From the NCBI GenBank assembly GCA_038065455.1, contig JBBTQX010000003.1:1-64000 (forward strand): a DNA stretch of 64,000 nt. The letters run 5' to 3'. The notes beneath the pieces are model-generated. The model ran no database searches. It was given only the letters and a program-made list of their open reading frames with translations, and had not been told where the DNA came from. Origin of the DNA: Patescibacteria group bacterium. GTDB taxonomy: Bacteria; Patescibacteriota; Minisyncoccia; UBA6257; GWB1-50-10. Positions 1-7,266 of this stretch are shown piece after piece (position 1 is the stretch's first letter; each line of letters begins with the position of its first letter). The position numbers and the translations under genes were made by a program.

Positions 1-331
1 CAGTAGAACTAGCTACTTCCAATCGATACGCAGGTCCCGTTGTCCCGATGCCGACTCTTGCGTTTGTGGCGTCAATATACATGATATCCGTCGCGCCATT
101 TTTGAAAGAGTAGTAGCCTTGCGTGGAATTGGAACCGAACACGCCGGTTGAAATATATCCGGCGCCCATCGAGCCAGTAATGGAGCCGGTGCCTAAAATA
201 TTGTAGCCGGCAGTGTTCAAGGTATTGCCCAATGTCGTAGAGGCATTGCCGGTACTGCCGAGAGTGGAGGCACTGGCCACAGATGCCAGCAAGAAGGTGG
301 AGAAAATGAGTGTTAATACCAGTTTTTTCAT
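1..331 (-). CDS. Secreted GNVGIGTT-repeat fibre-like protein, N-terminal part (runs off window start)
   Basis: Manual translation from ATG at 331: signal peptide MKKLVLTLIFSTFLLASVASA, then GVFGSNSTQGYYSFKNGATDIMYIDATNARVGIGTTGPAYRLEV, clearly similar to a module of 7267..12027. Absent from the ORF track. Confidence 0.85.
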   Translation of the reverse strand, partial: MKKLVLTLIFSTFLLASVASASTLGSTGNASTTLGNTLNTAGYNILGTGSITGSMGAGYISTGVFGSNSTQGYYSFKNGATDIMYIDATNARVGIGTTGPAYRLEVASST

Positions 332-408
332 CTACATTTATTATACTATATTGGCCAATTTCTAATTGCTCTAATTTAGCCTAAAAATGACGGAAATTAC
401 CTAGGAAA

Positions 409-675
409 TTACTTGTAGATGTCACTTCTGTGACTCGTGTCAACAAGGACTATGTTTTCTTTGCTTTTAAAATAAAAAACCACGCGCCAGTCGCGAGTGA
501 TTCTTAGAGAATAAAGTCCCGCTAGTTTCCCGGCAAGCGGTTTTGTGTGAAGATTCGGTGCAAACGGATTTTCCACTATTCCTTCCAATAACGCTGCCAA
601 CTTTTTCTTTATCGGCAAGGGGAGTTTTTTCGCCGACTTTATGAAAGCACGGGAATATATTATCCGCATATTCAT
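409..675 (-). CDS. RelE/ParE-superfamily toxin (mRNA interferase-like)
   Basis: 88 aa basic protein with YSRAFIKSAKKL, LHTKPLAGKLAGLYSLRITRDWRVVF and a C-terminal HRSDIY, the RelE/YafQ-like pattern. Confidence 0.85.
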   Translation of the reverse strand: MNMRIIYSRAFIKSAKKLPLPIKKKLAALLEGIVENPFAPNLHTKPLAGKLAGLYSLRITRDWRVVFYFKSKENIVLVDTSHRSDIYK

Positions 676-682
676 TTCTTAA

Positions 683-892
683 TTATGAAATAAGAGCCAA
701 AAAATCTTTTTTTGTACTAAATGAATATGCCGGCTTTGAGAGAAGCTGTTTTCCTGTTCTCCCTACAAATGATGCCTTATATTCTCCCTCGCTGTCGCGA
801 AGCAAAAAATACACCAGTTCTTTTAACGATTCGGTCTCTTTTCGGATGGCTTTTACCTCCTTATATATTTTTTCCGCGGTTTGGGTTGACAT
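683..892 (-). CDS. Putative antitoxin of the RelE-like toxin
   Basis: 69 aa ORF directly upstream of and co-oriented with the toxin. The call rests on position and size only. Confidence 0.6.
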   Translation of the reverse strand: MSTQTAEKIYKEVKAIRKETESLKELVYFLLRDSEGEYKASFVGRTGKQLLSKPAYSFSTKKDFLALIS

Positions 893-934
893 TACTTACG
901 ATGCTACACAGGAGTAGGTCATATGGCAAGCGCG

Positions 935-1081
935 TCAAAATGCCAAATAAGTGCGGATGGCATCTTTTACATTTTCTTTAACTTCTTTCTCCGTTTCCCC
1001 TTGAGTATGACAACCCAGCAAGGTGGGAACCCGCGCGTCATAACCGTACTTGCTTTTGTGGATGATTACCGTAAATTTCAT
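935..1081 (-). pseudogene. Truncated HicB-family antitoxin (48 aa)
   Basis: Manual translation MKFTVIIHKSKYGYDARVPTLLGCHTQGETEKEVKENVKDAIRTYLAF* has the HicB P-L-GC-TQG-T-EE pattern, but it is short and has no partner. Confidence 0.75.
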
Positions 1082-1184
1082 ACAAACGGATGGACAATTA
1101 TGAGCTTGGCTCGGGACATTTATTTAATTATAGCACTATTGTAATGACAAAATCCTAATGATAAATGAGCTATTTCTTCATCAC

Positions 1185-1310
1185 TCAAGAATCGTTAAAA
1201 AGCCGCAGGAATTCCGTGGAAGATAACTCCGTATCGCGCAATATCTTTTGAAGAAGAGACCTGTCAATCGTTCGATAGTTGGGAACGGTAATGGATTTTC
1301 TGCCTAACAC
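1185..1310 (-). pseudogene. HicA toxin C-terminal remnant
   Basis: Frame reads KSITVPNYRTIDRSLLQKILRDTELSSTEFLRLF, like the HicA C-terminal half. The N-terminal GSH motif is missing. It lies right after a hicB. Confidence 0.65.
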
Positions 1311-1513
1311 CGTGATAGTGTGAAGGCTGATTTCTTTTCTCCGATAATAAGCTCAATCACTTCCTTGATGTTATGCAAGGCCTCATCGATAGTTTTGCCT
1401 TGAGTATAACAACCGTCAAAAAGCGGACACTCAACCACGTAAAAACCGTCCCTTCCTTTTTCCATAATAAGAGGGATTTGTTTATTGAAATGGGTGAATT
1501 TCATCTGCGACAT
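1304..1513 (-). CDS. hicB: HicB-family antitoxin
   Basis: DGFYVVECPLFDGCYTQGKTIDEALHNIKEVIEL motif. The C-terminus may have been altered by the deletion that truncated hicA. Confidence 0.85.
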   Translation of the reverse strand: MSQMKFTHFNKQIPLIMEKGRDGFYVVECPLFDGCYTQGKTIDEALHNIKEVIELIIGEKKSAFTLSRC

Positions 1514-1650
1514 AGTTTATATATACCACAGTATGTTTGAGAATTCAAATATTCAGCCGCTCCAGTGATTTTTTATATGATTCAAACACGCTTAGCATAC
1601 GGACAACATCCTGCTTATCCATTCGTTTAATTATAACACTCTTATAATGG

Positions 1651-1680
1651 CAAAATCCAAATGACTAATGACAAATCAAT
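1651..1680. repeat. Heptamer-periodic repeat (CAAAATCCAAATGACTAATGACAAATCAAT)
   Basis: Near-identical to copies at about 15356-15381 and 15636-15665, with a weaker copy at about 1143-1168. Confidence 0.8.
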
Positions 1681-1686
1681 ATCCGC

Positions 1687-2175
1687 TTACTTTGGCACGA
1701 CAACAAACTTTCCGATGACTTGGTTTTTACAAGTTGGGCAAATAATATCAAATTCCCCGGCTTCTAACACTTGAGTTGTAAAAGAAGCTTCTTTGCCGGG
1801 AGCAATGGTTCTTTTTATAAAGTTTGGCACAAATTCAGATTTGCCGGAAATTTGAACAATGTGTTCTTTATCCTCGCTGTTTTTTATGGAAATTCCCAAA
1901 AGATCGCCTATAGGTAGCCGGAATTCAAACGGATTAAGCTTGCCTTCTTTAAGTTCTGTTTCAAAAACCCAATACTGCTGACTTGGCTTATCGCTCTCGC
2001 CCTCGGCAATCTTACCGGGCACGCCTACGCCTTCCCCGGGTGATTTGTCGCCCACTTTTGGAATAACAAGATTTTTATTAGTAGTGGTTTCTTTATCTTG
2101 TCCACTAATAAAAATCACCGCCATGATGACCACTATCGCCGCAACGACTCCCCAAACAATGTATTTTTTATCCAT
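1687..2175 (-). CDS. Membrane-anchored cupredoxin-fold protein
   Basis: N-terminal TM helix and linker, then LNPFEFRLPIGD...KEH...AGEFDIICPTC...GKFVV, a cupredoxin-like strand pattern. Confidence 0.7.
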   Translation of the reverse strand: MDKKYIVWGVVAAIVVIMAVIFISGQDKETTTNKNLVIPKVGDKSPGEGVGVPGKIAEGESDKPSQQYWVFETELKEGKLNPFEFRLPIGDLLGISIKNSEDKEHIVQISGKSEFVPNFIKRTIAPGKEASFTTQVLEAGEFDIICPTCKNQVIGKFVVVPK

Positions 2176-2189
2176 AGATTAATTATAGC

Positions 2190-2424
2190 TTATTTAAAAT
2201 CAGAAGATATATTTCGAAATATCGAGATATTAAGATTATTACGGGTTAATTCTCGCGCTTTCAAGATTTCTGCAAACCCATCGGGTTTGTTTGCCTGCTT
2301 AAATTGCAGGCCGCGCCTGGCGCCGCCTTTGACTTTTTGGGCAAAACTCTGAATAAGCCGCGAGCATTCTTCCGCGAGGCCCTTTAAAAATTTAAATGTT
2401 TCAATATTTTTCTACCGTGGCCAT
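2190..2424 (-). pseudogene. Internally deleted four-helix-bundle protein gene
   Basis: Starts MATVEK, then shifts frame to IETFKFLKGLAEECSRLIQSFAQKVKGGARRGLQFK, resembling the two termini of four-helix-bundle (23S rRNA IVP-like) proteins. Bounded by ATTTCGA/ATATCGA-type octamers. Confidence 0.55.
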
Positions 2425-2460
2425 TTTGTAAGATTTCGATATGTCGACGTATGGGCCGAG

Positions 2461-3048
2461 TTATTTTTTATTGACTATCAATTTTCCTTCCACTTTCGCG
2501 CCACCGCAGGAATCTTTGCAGTAGAATTTATATTCGCCATACGGATTGCCCTGGAACTGGAGCTTGACTAACTCCCCTTTCGCCGCCGCTTTGTAAATAC
2601 CGAAGTCGGAGAAGAAAATGTCATAACCCTTGTCCACCGCCGTGAAATTCAAATCGATCACATCGCCTTCATTCACCACGATAATATTGGGCGAGTAGTC
2701 ATTGCCGCTCGCACTGATGTCAAAATGACGGAACGCCGCGGGACCCGTCTGCACCACAGTCGTCGGCACAGCTACGCCCTTGCCCGCAGAAGTCGCACCC
2801 TCGCCCGGCGTCGCTATTTTCGTCTGAACGACTTCGCGCGTGCCACCCTGCACCGTCTGGAGAGCTTTCGCGTTTTCCGGACGCATTGAATCCTGGCCCT
2901 TCGGCGCGCCGGTTTTTGCGGTACCCGAACCCGTGCCCGTTGTGCCTATTTGCCCGCCGCGATTGGACAAACCCCACCACGCCAACCCGACCACTACGAC
3001 TGCCGCTATTACACCACCGATGATTAGATTTCTTTTATTTGGTTCCAT
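2461..3048 (-). CDS. Membrane-anchored cupredoxin-fold protein
   Basis: TM helix, G/T-rich linker, YSPNIIVVNEGDVIDLNFTAVD and GEYKFYCKDSCGG...GKLIV. Confidence 0.8.
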   Translation of the reverse strand: MEPNKRNLIIGGVIAAVVVVGLAWWGLSNRGGQIGTTGTGSGTAKTGAPKGQDSMRPENAKALQTVQGGTREVVQTKIATPGEGATSAGKGVAVPTTVVQTGPAAFRHFDISASGNDYSPNIIVVNEGDVIDLNFTAVDKGYDIFFSDFGIYKAAAKGELVKLQFQGNPYGEYKFYCKDSCGGAKVEGKLIVNKK

Positions 3049-3064
3049 AATTTTGTATTTTTTA

Positions 3065-3598
3065 TTATTTTTTGTAAGGGATAATAATAAGCGAACCCTT
3101 GATGCTCCCCGCTTCTATGGTAAATGTGCCGCTAAGAGTTGGAGTAAAAACCAAGCGTTTTGTTTCGCCTTTCGCAGTGGCGGCAAAATTTATACCGAGA
3201 TAAGGAATGGTGAGGGAGTAATTATTATCAACTGCCGTGAAATCAAGTTGAACCGTATCAAACTCGCCGACCGTAAGAGAATTTGGGCTAAAACCGCTTT
3301 TCGTGGCCTTGAGATCATAGGTGCGCGATTTATTGGTTAGAATCGGATCAGGACCGGCTGGCGCGACTGCTTTTGATTCGCTCACGACTGCGTTTTTAGG
3401 AATGGTTGGATTATATAAATCCTTGACCGGCACGCCATTATAAGTCGGCTCTGCGACGGTTGCTTTACCGCCTCCGCCCGTTTTTAATAACGACGATAAC
3501 GGGGAAGTATCACTACCAAAACCCCACCACGCCAACCCGACCACCACGATCACGGCTATCACCGCCCCGATAATTATATTTCTTTTATTTGGTTCCAT
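3065..3598 (-). CDS. Membrane-anchored cupredoxin-fold protein lacking Cys
   Basis: Paralogue of 2461..3048 with a near-identical N-terminus (MEPNKRN...GLAWWG) and FSPNSLTVGEFDTVQLDFTAVD. No Cys or His ligands. Confidence 0.75.
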   Translation of the reverse strand: MEPNKRNIIIGAVIAVIVVVGLAWWGFGSDTSPLSSLLKTGGGGKATVAEPTYNGVPVKDLYNPTIPKNAVVSESKAVAPAGPDPILTNKSRTYDLKATKSGFSPNSLTVGEFDTVQLDFTAVDNNYSLTIPYLGINFAATAKGETKRLVFTPTLSGTFTIEAGSIKGSLIIIPYKK

Positions 3599-3627
3599 AA
3601 TTTTTTATTTTTGTTTATTTCGACTTT

Positions 3628-3918
3628 TTAATTTTTAATTCCGACTTTTTTCTCAATTTCCTCAATCCTGTCTTTCAGTTTCTCAAACTCATGGCGATAA
3701 ATCACATTTTCCAATTTCTTTTTGATCTCCATAATTTCTCTTTGAATAACCTCTAGTGTGCCATGAATCCAGCTTATTTCATCACTAATTTTAATAAATC
3801 CTTCACGTATTTCATTTCTGACTCCGCTTATTTCATTTTTTGAATCAATAAATTCTCGCTGAATTAATATCGCAAGATTATCCAATGTCATTTTTTGCTT
3901 CTTACTTGTTTTGGGCAT
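3628..3918 (-). CDS. Small coiled-coil hypothetical protein
   Basis: 96 aa, heptad-rich, tightly packed with its neighbours. Confidence 0.7.
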   Translation of the reverse strand: MPKTSKKQKMTLDNLAILIQREFIDSKNEISGVRNEIREGFIKISDEISWIHGTLEVIQREIMEIKKKLENVIYRHEFEKLKDRIEEIEKKVGIKN

Positions 3919-3920
3919 AG

Positions 3921-4139
3921 TTATTTTTTGGATTTATTCTTCAACATCCATTTTTCAAGATTAGATTTGCCTGCCAATCGAGGATTCCTATCTATTAACT
4001 TTTTCTTTCTTAAAAAAGTTAAAATGGGTTTGCCGCAAGATAAACACAGCTCATTTCTATTCCAACCTATGGTAGTTGAGATGTATTTATCATCCTTTTT
4101 TACAATTTTGCGGCAGAGGTCGCATTTAGTAAGCGTCAT
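3921..4139 (-). CDS. Small CxxC...CxxC (zinc-ribbon-like) hypothetical protein
   Basis: CDLC and CLSC motifs, with an extended -10 (TGcTATAAT) 7 nt before the ATG. Confidence 0.65.
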   Translation of the reverse strand: MTLTKCDLCRKIVKKDDKYISTTIGWNRNELCLSCGKPILTFLRKKKLIDRNPRLAGKSNLEKWMLKNKSKK

Positions 4140-4173
4140 TTGATTTATTATAGCATAAGATATGTTTAAATAT

Positions 4174-5643
4174 TTAAAGCCTTTTCACTTTATATTCCAC
4201 GAGCAGGCTGCCCAAATACGGCGTGAATTCAGGGTTGTTGCCCGGCTTGACTCTCATCCGCCACTCCAACGCCGCGCCGTGCGGGTCGGAAAACCAATGG
4301 CTTGTGCCGAGCGAGACCGCCTCCCATTTTCCATTATCGGTATTTCGAGTTTCGAAAGAAATATCCGCATTTCCGGCCGAGAAATCTTTTGATGTGAGGC
4401 CGATAAGATATGGCACTTCGGTATTGGCATAATTGTTCAAATTTATCGAAGTAACGGAAACCGGCCCGGAAGGAATTTTGAAGCCGTTATCCGTTACATT
4501 CCAATTTTGCGGACTCCCCGCTTTTTCGACATAAACCGAAAGCAAAAAAGGAAACGAATCTACACCAATCTTACGAAGTCCGACTTCGTAAGATTTAATG
4601 ACGACGAGATAAGAAAATGAAACCGGCGCGGTGCCCAATATATCCGCCTCGCCCGCTATATCCGCCGTGCCGTTCTGGAAAAGTTTAATGAAAACGGCGC
4701 GATTGTTTTTTTCTTTATTAAAAAGATACCAAGCCGTATGAATGCCGCTTCCCGCCCGTATAATACCCGGCCGGATGCCACCCTTCATTACTCTCACGTC
4801 AAAGAGATCGGAGATATCTTGAACACTATTTCCCCTCACTCTATATCCCTTGCCTTGATACGCGCCGTAGACCGCGAGAAAATCATCCGCTGTTCCGCCA
4901 AAACCCCACTGGCCTTCGTATTGCGAATCGAATGCTTTTCCGTTTTGAAATATCGGCGTGAAATTTTTTCCGTCAAACCTGTACGCGTAACCGGCATATT
5001 TATTGCCTTCCTTGATAACAACGCCTATCGCCCAGCCGTTGCCTACCGCATCCGCTGTCACATTATCGATATTCTCCAATACCGGAAGCTTTATCGGAGA
5101 ACCGTTCAATGTCAGAACCGTCCCTTTCGCGGAAAGACAGGAGCCACTGATACAGGCGGAGGAAAAATCCGGAGCCGTGGCGCCTTCGCTTTTTTCGCTC
5201 CATTCTAGCGACGGCGGAAACATCATAGCCGTCGCGACATCGTCGCGATACATCGTGGTTTCGGATTGGCTCAAGCCGCCCACGCCGGAAAACAAGTCGG
5301 TATAACCCGCATAAATCAAGCCATCGTCCGGCTGAGGCGTGCTACTGACGGAAACGGGACTTTCCATTGCGGCCGACTGCCCCGGCGGCAAACCGGCGGC
5401 CGGTGCCGGCGATTCTAATTTCTTCGTCAAACTCAGACTGAACGTCACATTCGAATCGATTCGGTTTTCAATCAGCTGGCGCAAAAAATAAAAAAACCAA
5501 AGGATTAGAATGAAAAAACCCAGAACGAAGATGGCAGTCGTGAAGGCAAGCCCGATGCCGGCAAAGAAATTTTTCAGCTTTCTGATTAATCTCTCGCCCT
5601 CCTTCAATTCTTTAATACCCCAATCCTTTATTTGATGTTTCAT
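4174..5643 (-). CDS. Membrane-anchored extracellular hypothetical protein
   Basis: 489 aa with an N-terminal TM segment, a P/S/A-rich linker and a beta-rich remainder. Confidence 0.75.
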   Translation of the reverse strand: MKHQIKDWGIKELKEGERLIRKLKNFFAGIGLAFTTAIFVLGFFILILWFFYFLRQLIENRIDSNVTFSLSLTKKLESPAPAAGLPPGQSAAMESPVSVSSTPQPDDGLIYAGYTDLFSGVGGLSQSETTMYRDDVATAMMFPPSLEWSEKSEGATAPDFSSACISGSCLSAKGTVLTLNGSPIKLPVLENIDNVTADAVGNGWAIGVVIKEGNKYAGYAYRFDGKNFTPIFQNGKAFDSQYEGQWGFGGTADDFLAVYGAYQGKGYRVRGNSVQDISDLFDVRVMKGGIRPGIIRAGSGIHTAWYLFNKEKNNRAVFIKLFQNGTADIAGEADILGTAPVSFSYLVVIKSYEVGLRKIGVDSFPFLLSVYVEKAGSPQNWNVTDNGFKIPSGPVSVTSINLNNYANTEVPYLIGLTSKDFSAGNADISFETRNTDNGKWEAVSLGTSHWFSDPHGAALEWRMRVKPGNNPEFTPYLGSLLVEYKVKRL

Positions 5644-5653
5644 ATTAAATTCG

Positions 5654-6113
5654 AAATCCGAAGCACGAAATCCGAAACAAGCACAAAATTATAAATCATA
5701 AAAATTACTTTTCCACCGAATTTCTCATAATAGAACTAAGAATCATCATCAACTCCCTTGATTCAGCCAATAAACTCTTTCGTTCTTTCTCTAACAACTC
5801 ATTATTTGCGCTTATTAATGCTAACCAAAATCCGCTTTCTTTAGCCTCTTTCCTTGAGATCTTAATTCGCATAATGAAATCTTTCTTACTCAATGCTTCG
5901 TTGGCTTCTATATAATTGGCACCAATAGAACCGGATGATCTTATAAGTTGCTTACCATCTTCTATGTTTGCAATTATTTTAGACAGTTTACCGACAAAAT
6001 TTCTTATGTCTTTGGCAAATTTCAATGTTCTGTCTTCAAGGTCATACTGTTTATGATTTTGAATTTCTGACATTCTAATTTGTTTCGGATTTCGGGTTTC
6101 GTGCTTCGGATTT
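5654..6113. mobile_element. Four-helix-bundle cassette bounded by heptamer-based inverted repeats
   Basis: AAATCCGAAGCACGAAATCCGAAACAA at 5654-5680 and its reverse complement (one extra heptamer) at 6080-6113 enclose a single gene. Confidence 0.7.
5705..6073 (-). CDS. Four-helix-bundle protein (23S rRNA intervening-sequence protein family)
   Basis: YDLEDRTLKFA...QLIRSSGSIGANYIEANEALSKKDF...ISRKEAKES.FWL. Start moved to the ATG at 6073 (MSEIQ), inside the inverted repeats. Confidence 0.92.
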   Translation of the reverse strand: MSEIQNHKQYDLEDRTLKFAKDIRNFVGKLSKIIANIEDGKQLIRSSGSIGANYIEANEALSKKDFIMRIKISRKEAKESGFWLALISANNELLEKERKSLLAESRELMMILSSIMRNSVEK

Positions 6114-6657
6114 ATTTCACAATCATTGTTCCTACTTCTCCCCTTGCGGCGTCGCCGAACGTATTGCACTGGAATTTATAACTCCCCGAACTGCCGGGAG
6201 CGGTAAAAGTGATTATGCGAGTCTCGTTGGGCCCCACGCCGACATTCGCCGATGCGAGCGAGGGGTCAACGAACACAAACGAATGGCCGTGAGTGTCAGT
6301 CGAGGTCAGGCTCAAAACCACCGTTTGACCCTTGCTCACAGTGAAAGACGCCGGATTGAAAGAACCTTTTCTAATGGAAAGTTTTATCGCTGTATCCGGA
6401 ATTTTTTCCTTTGAAATCGGCAGGGACTGGCTCGGCGCTTCCGGAGTGCCGGTCACTATCTTATCGGTGCTCGTAGAATAGGCATCGGCTGGATTATATG
6501 AAACTCCTGCGGGCACCGCCGAATTTTCAGCATTTCGAGATGTCGAACCTATCGAGCCGAAGGGTAAAACAACGCCCTTCGACAGAACAATTACGACTAC
6601 GATAATACCGGCCGCCGCTCCACCAATTATCCAGAAAATTAATGATTTGTTGTTCAT
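6112..6657 (-). CDS. Membrane-anchored cupredoxin-fold protein
   Basis: FNPASFTVSKGQTVVLSLTSTDTHGHSF...GSYKFQCNTFGDAARGEVGTMIVK. His and Cys are kept; the second His and the Met positions are replaced. Confidence 0.85.
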   Translation of the reverse strand: MNNKSLIFWIIGGAAAGIIVVVIVLSKGVVLPFGSIGSTSRNAENSAVPAGVSYNPADAYSTSTDKIVTGTPEAPSQSLPISKEKIPDTAIKLSIRKGSFNPASFTVSKGQTVVLSLTSTDTHGHSFVFVDPSLASANVGVGPNETRIITFTAPGSSGSYKFQCNTFGDAARGEVGTMIVK

Positions 6658-6667
6658 AACTTATGAC

Positions 6668-6811
6668 TTATAACTGATGATTGACGACCTTTAAATTATG
6701 ACACAATATCTCCGTCCGGATGACTTCAAACTGCGAGCCGAGATTATTGTAATCTTTCCTTACTTTTCTATCTCTTAGAATTTTTTTCTTTAATTCTTTA
6801 TAATTTTTCAT
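6668..6811 (-). pseudogene. Truncated HTH-XRE antitoxin-like N-terminus
   Basis: Manual translation MKNYKELKKKILRDRKVRKDYNNLGSQFEVIRTEI resembles the N-terminal arm of HigA-like regulators. It runs into heptamer repeats before any HTH. Confidence 0.5.
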
Positions 6812-7037
6812 GCTTTCTTTTATTATAAAAGTCTTCCTCTTCTACTTCCGCAAGTCTTAGAATGCCGAACAATGTTCCTTTGGCAAGTTCTTTATGTAAA
6901 GGAACAATGGTGGTAATGGTCCGGTTGGCTAGCTTTCTCTGTAACTTAATGTGACTGCCTTTTTGGGAGGTAAGAGAAAAGCCGAATCCCCGACATAAAA
7001 TTTTTACAACCTCCTTCCCAGAAAATGTTTTAGGCAT
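6798..7037 (-). CDS. hicA: HicA-family toxin
   Basis: SGKEVVKIL...GF...QKGSHIKL...IVPLHKELAKGTLFGILR, with the catalytic GSH present. Confidence 0.92.
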   Translation of the reverse strand: MPKTFSGKEVVKILCRGFGFSLTSQKGSHIKLQRKLANRTITTIVPLHKELAKGTLFGILRLAEVEEEDFYNKRKHEKL

Positions 7038-7254
7038 TTACTTCAATTAAAGCAAATATCGGCGGAATCTTGCTTAAAATTTTCTTATTTTGGGGAGTAT
7101 TTTCAAGATATAACCCAACTGCCTCCTCAAGATTTTTGCGGGCTTCTTCTACGGTTCGGCCCTGGCTCACCACGCCCAATTCCGCAGAACGGGCGACGAA
7201 CCACTTCCCTTCTTTATTGATAATGGCGGTTGATTTATAAGTCATAATTCGCAT
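7030..7254 (-). CDS. hicB: HicB-family antitoxin
   Basis: KEGKWFVARSAELGVVSQGRTVEEARKNLEEAVGLYLE; overlaps the hicA start. Confidence 0.9.
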   Translation of the reverse strand: MRIMTYKSTAIINKEGKWFVARSAELGVVSQGRTVEEARKNLEEAVGLYLENTPQNKKILSKIPPIFALIEVNA

Positions 7255-7266
7255 TATACCTTTTCT

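Noticed and set aside
6074-6169. N-terminal extension of the four-helix-bundle ORF in the ORF track
   Set aside because: It translates the inverted repeat and overlaps the upstream gene; the ATG at 6073 fits the family length.
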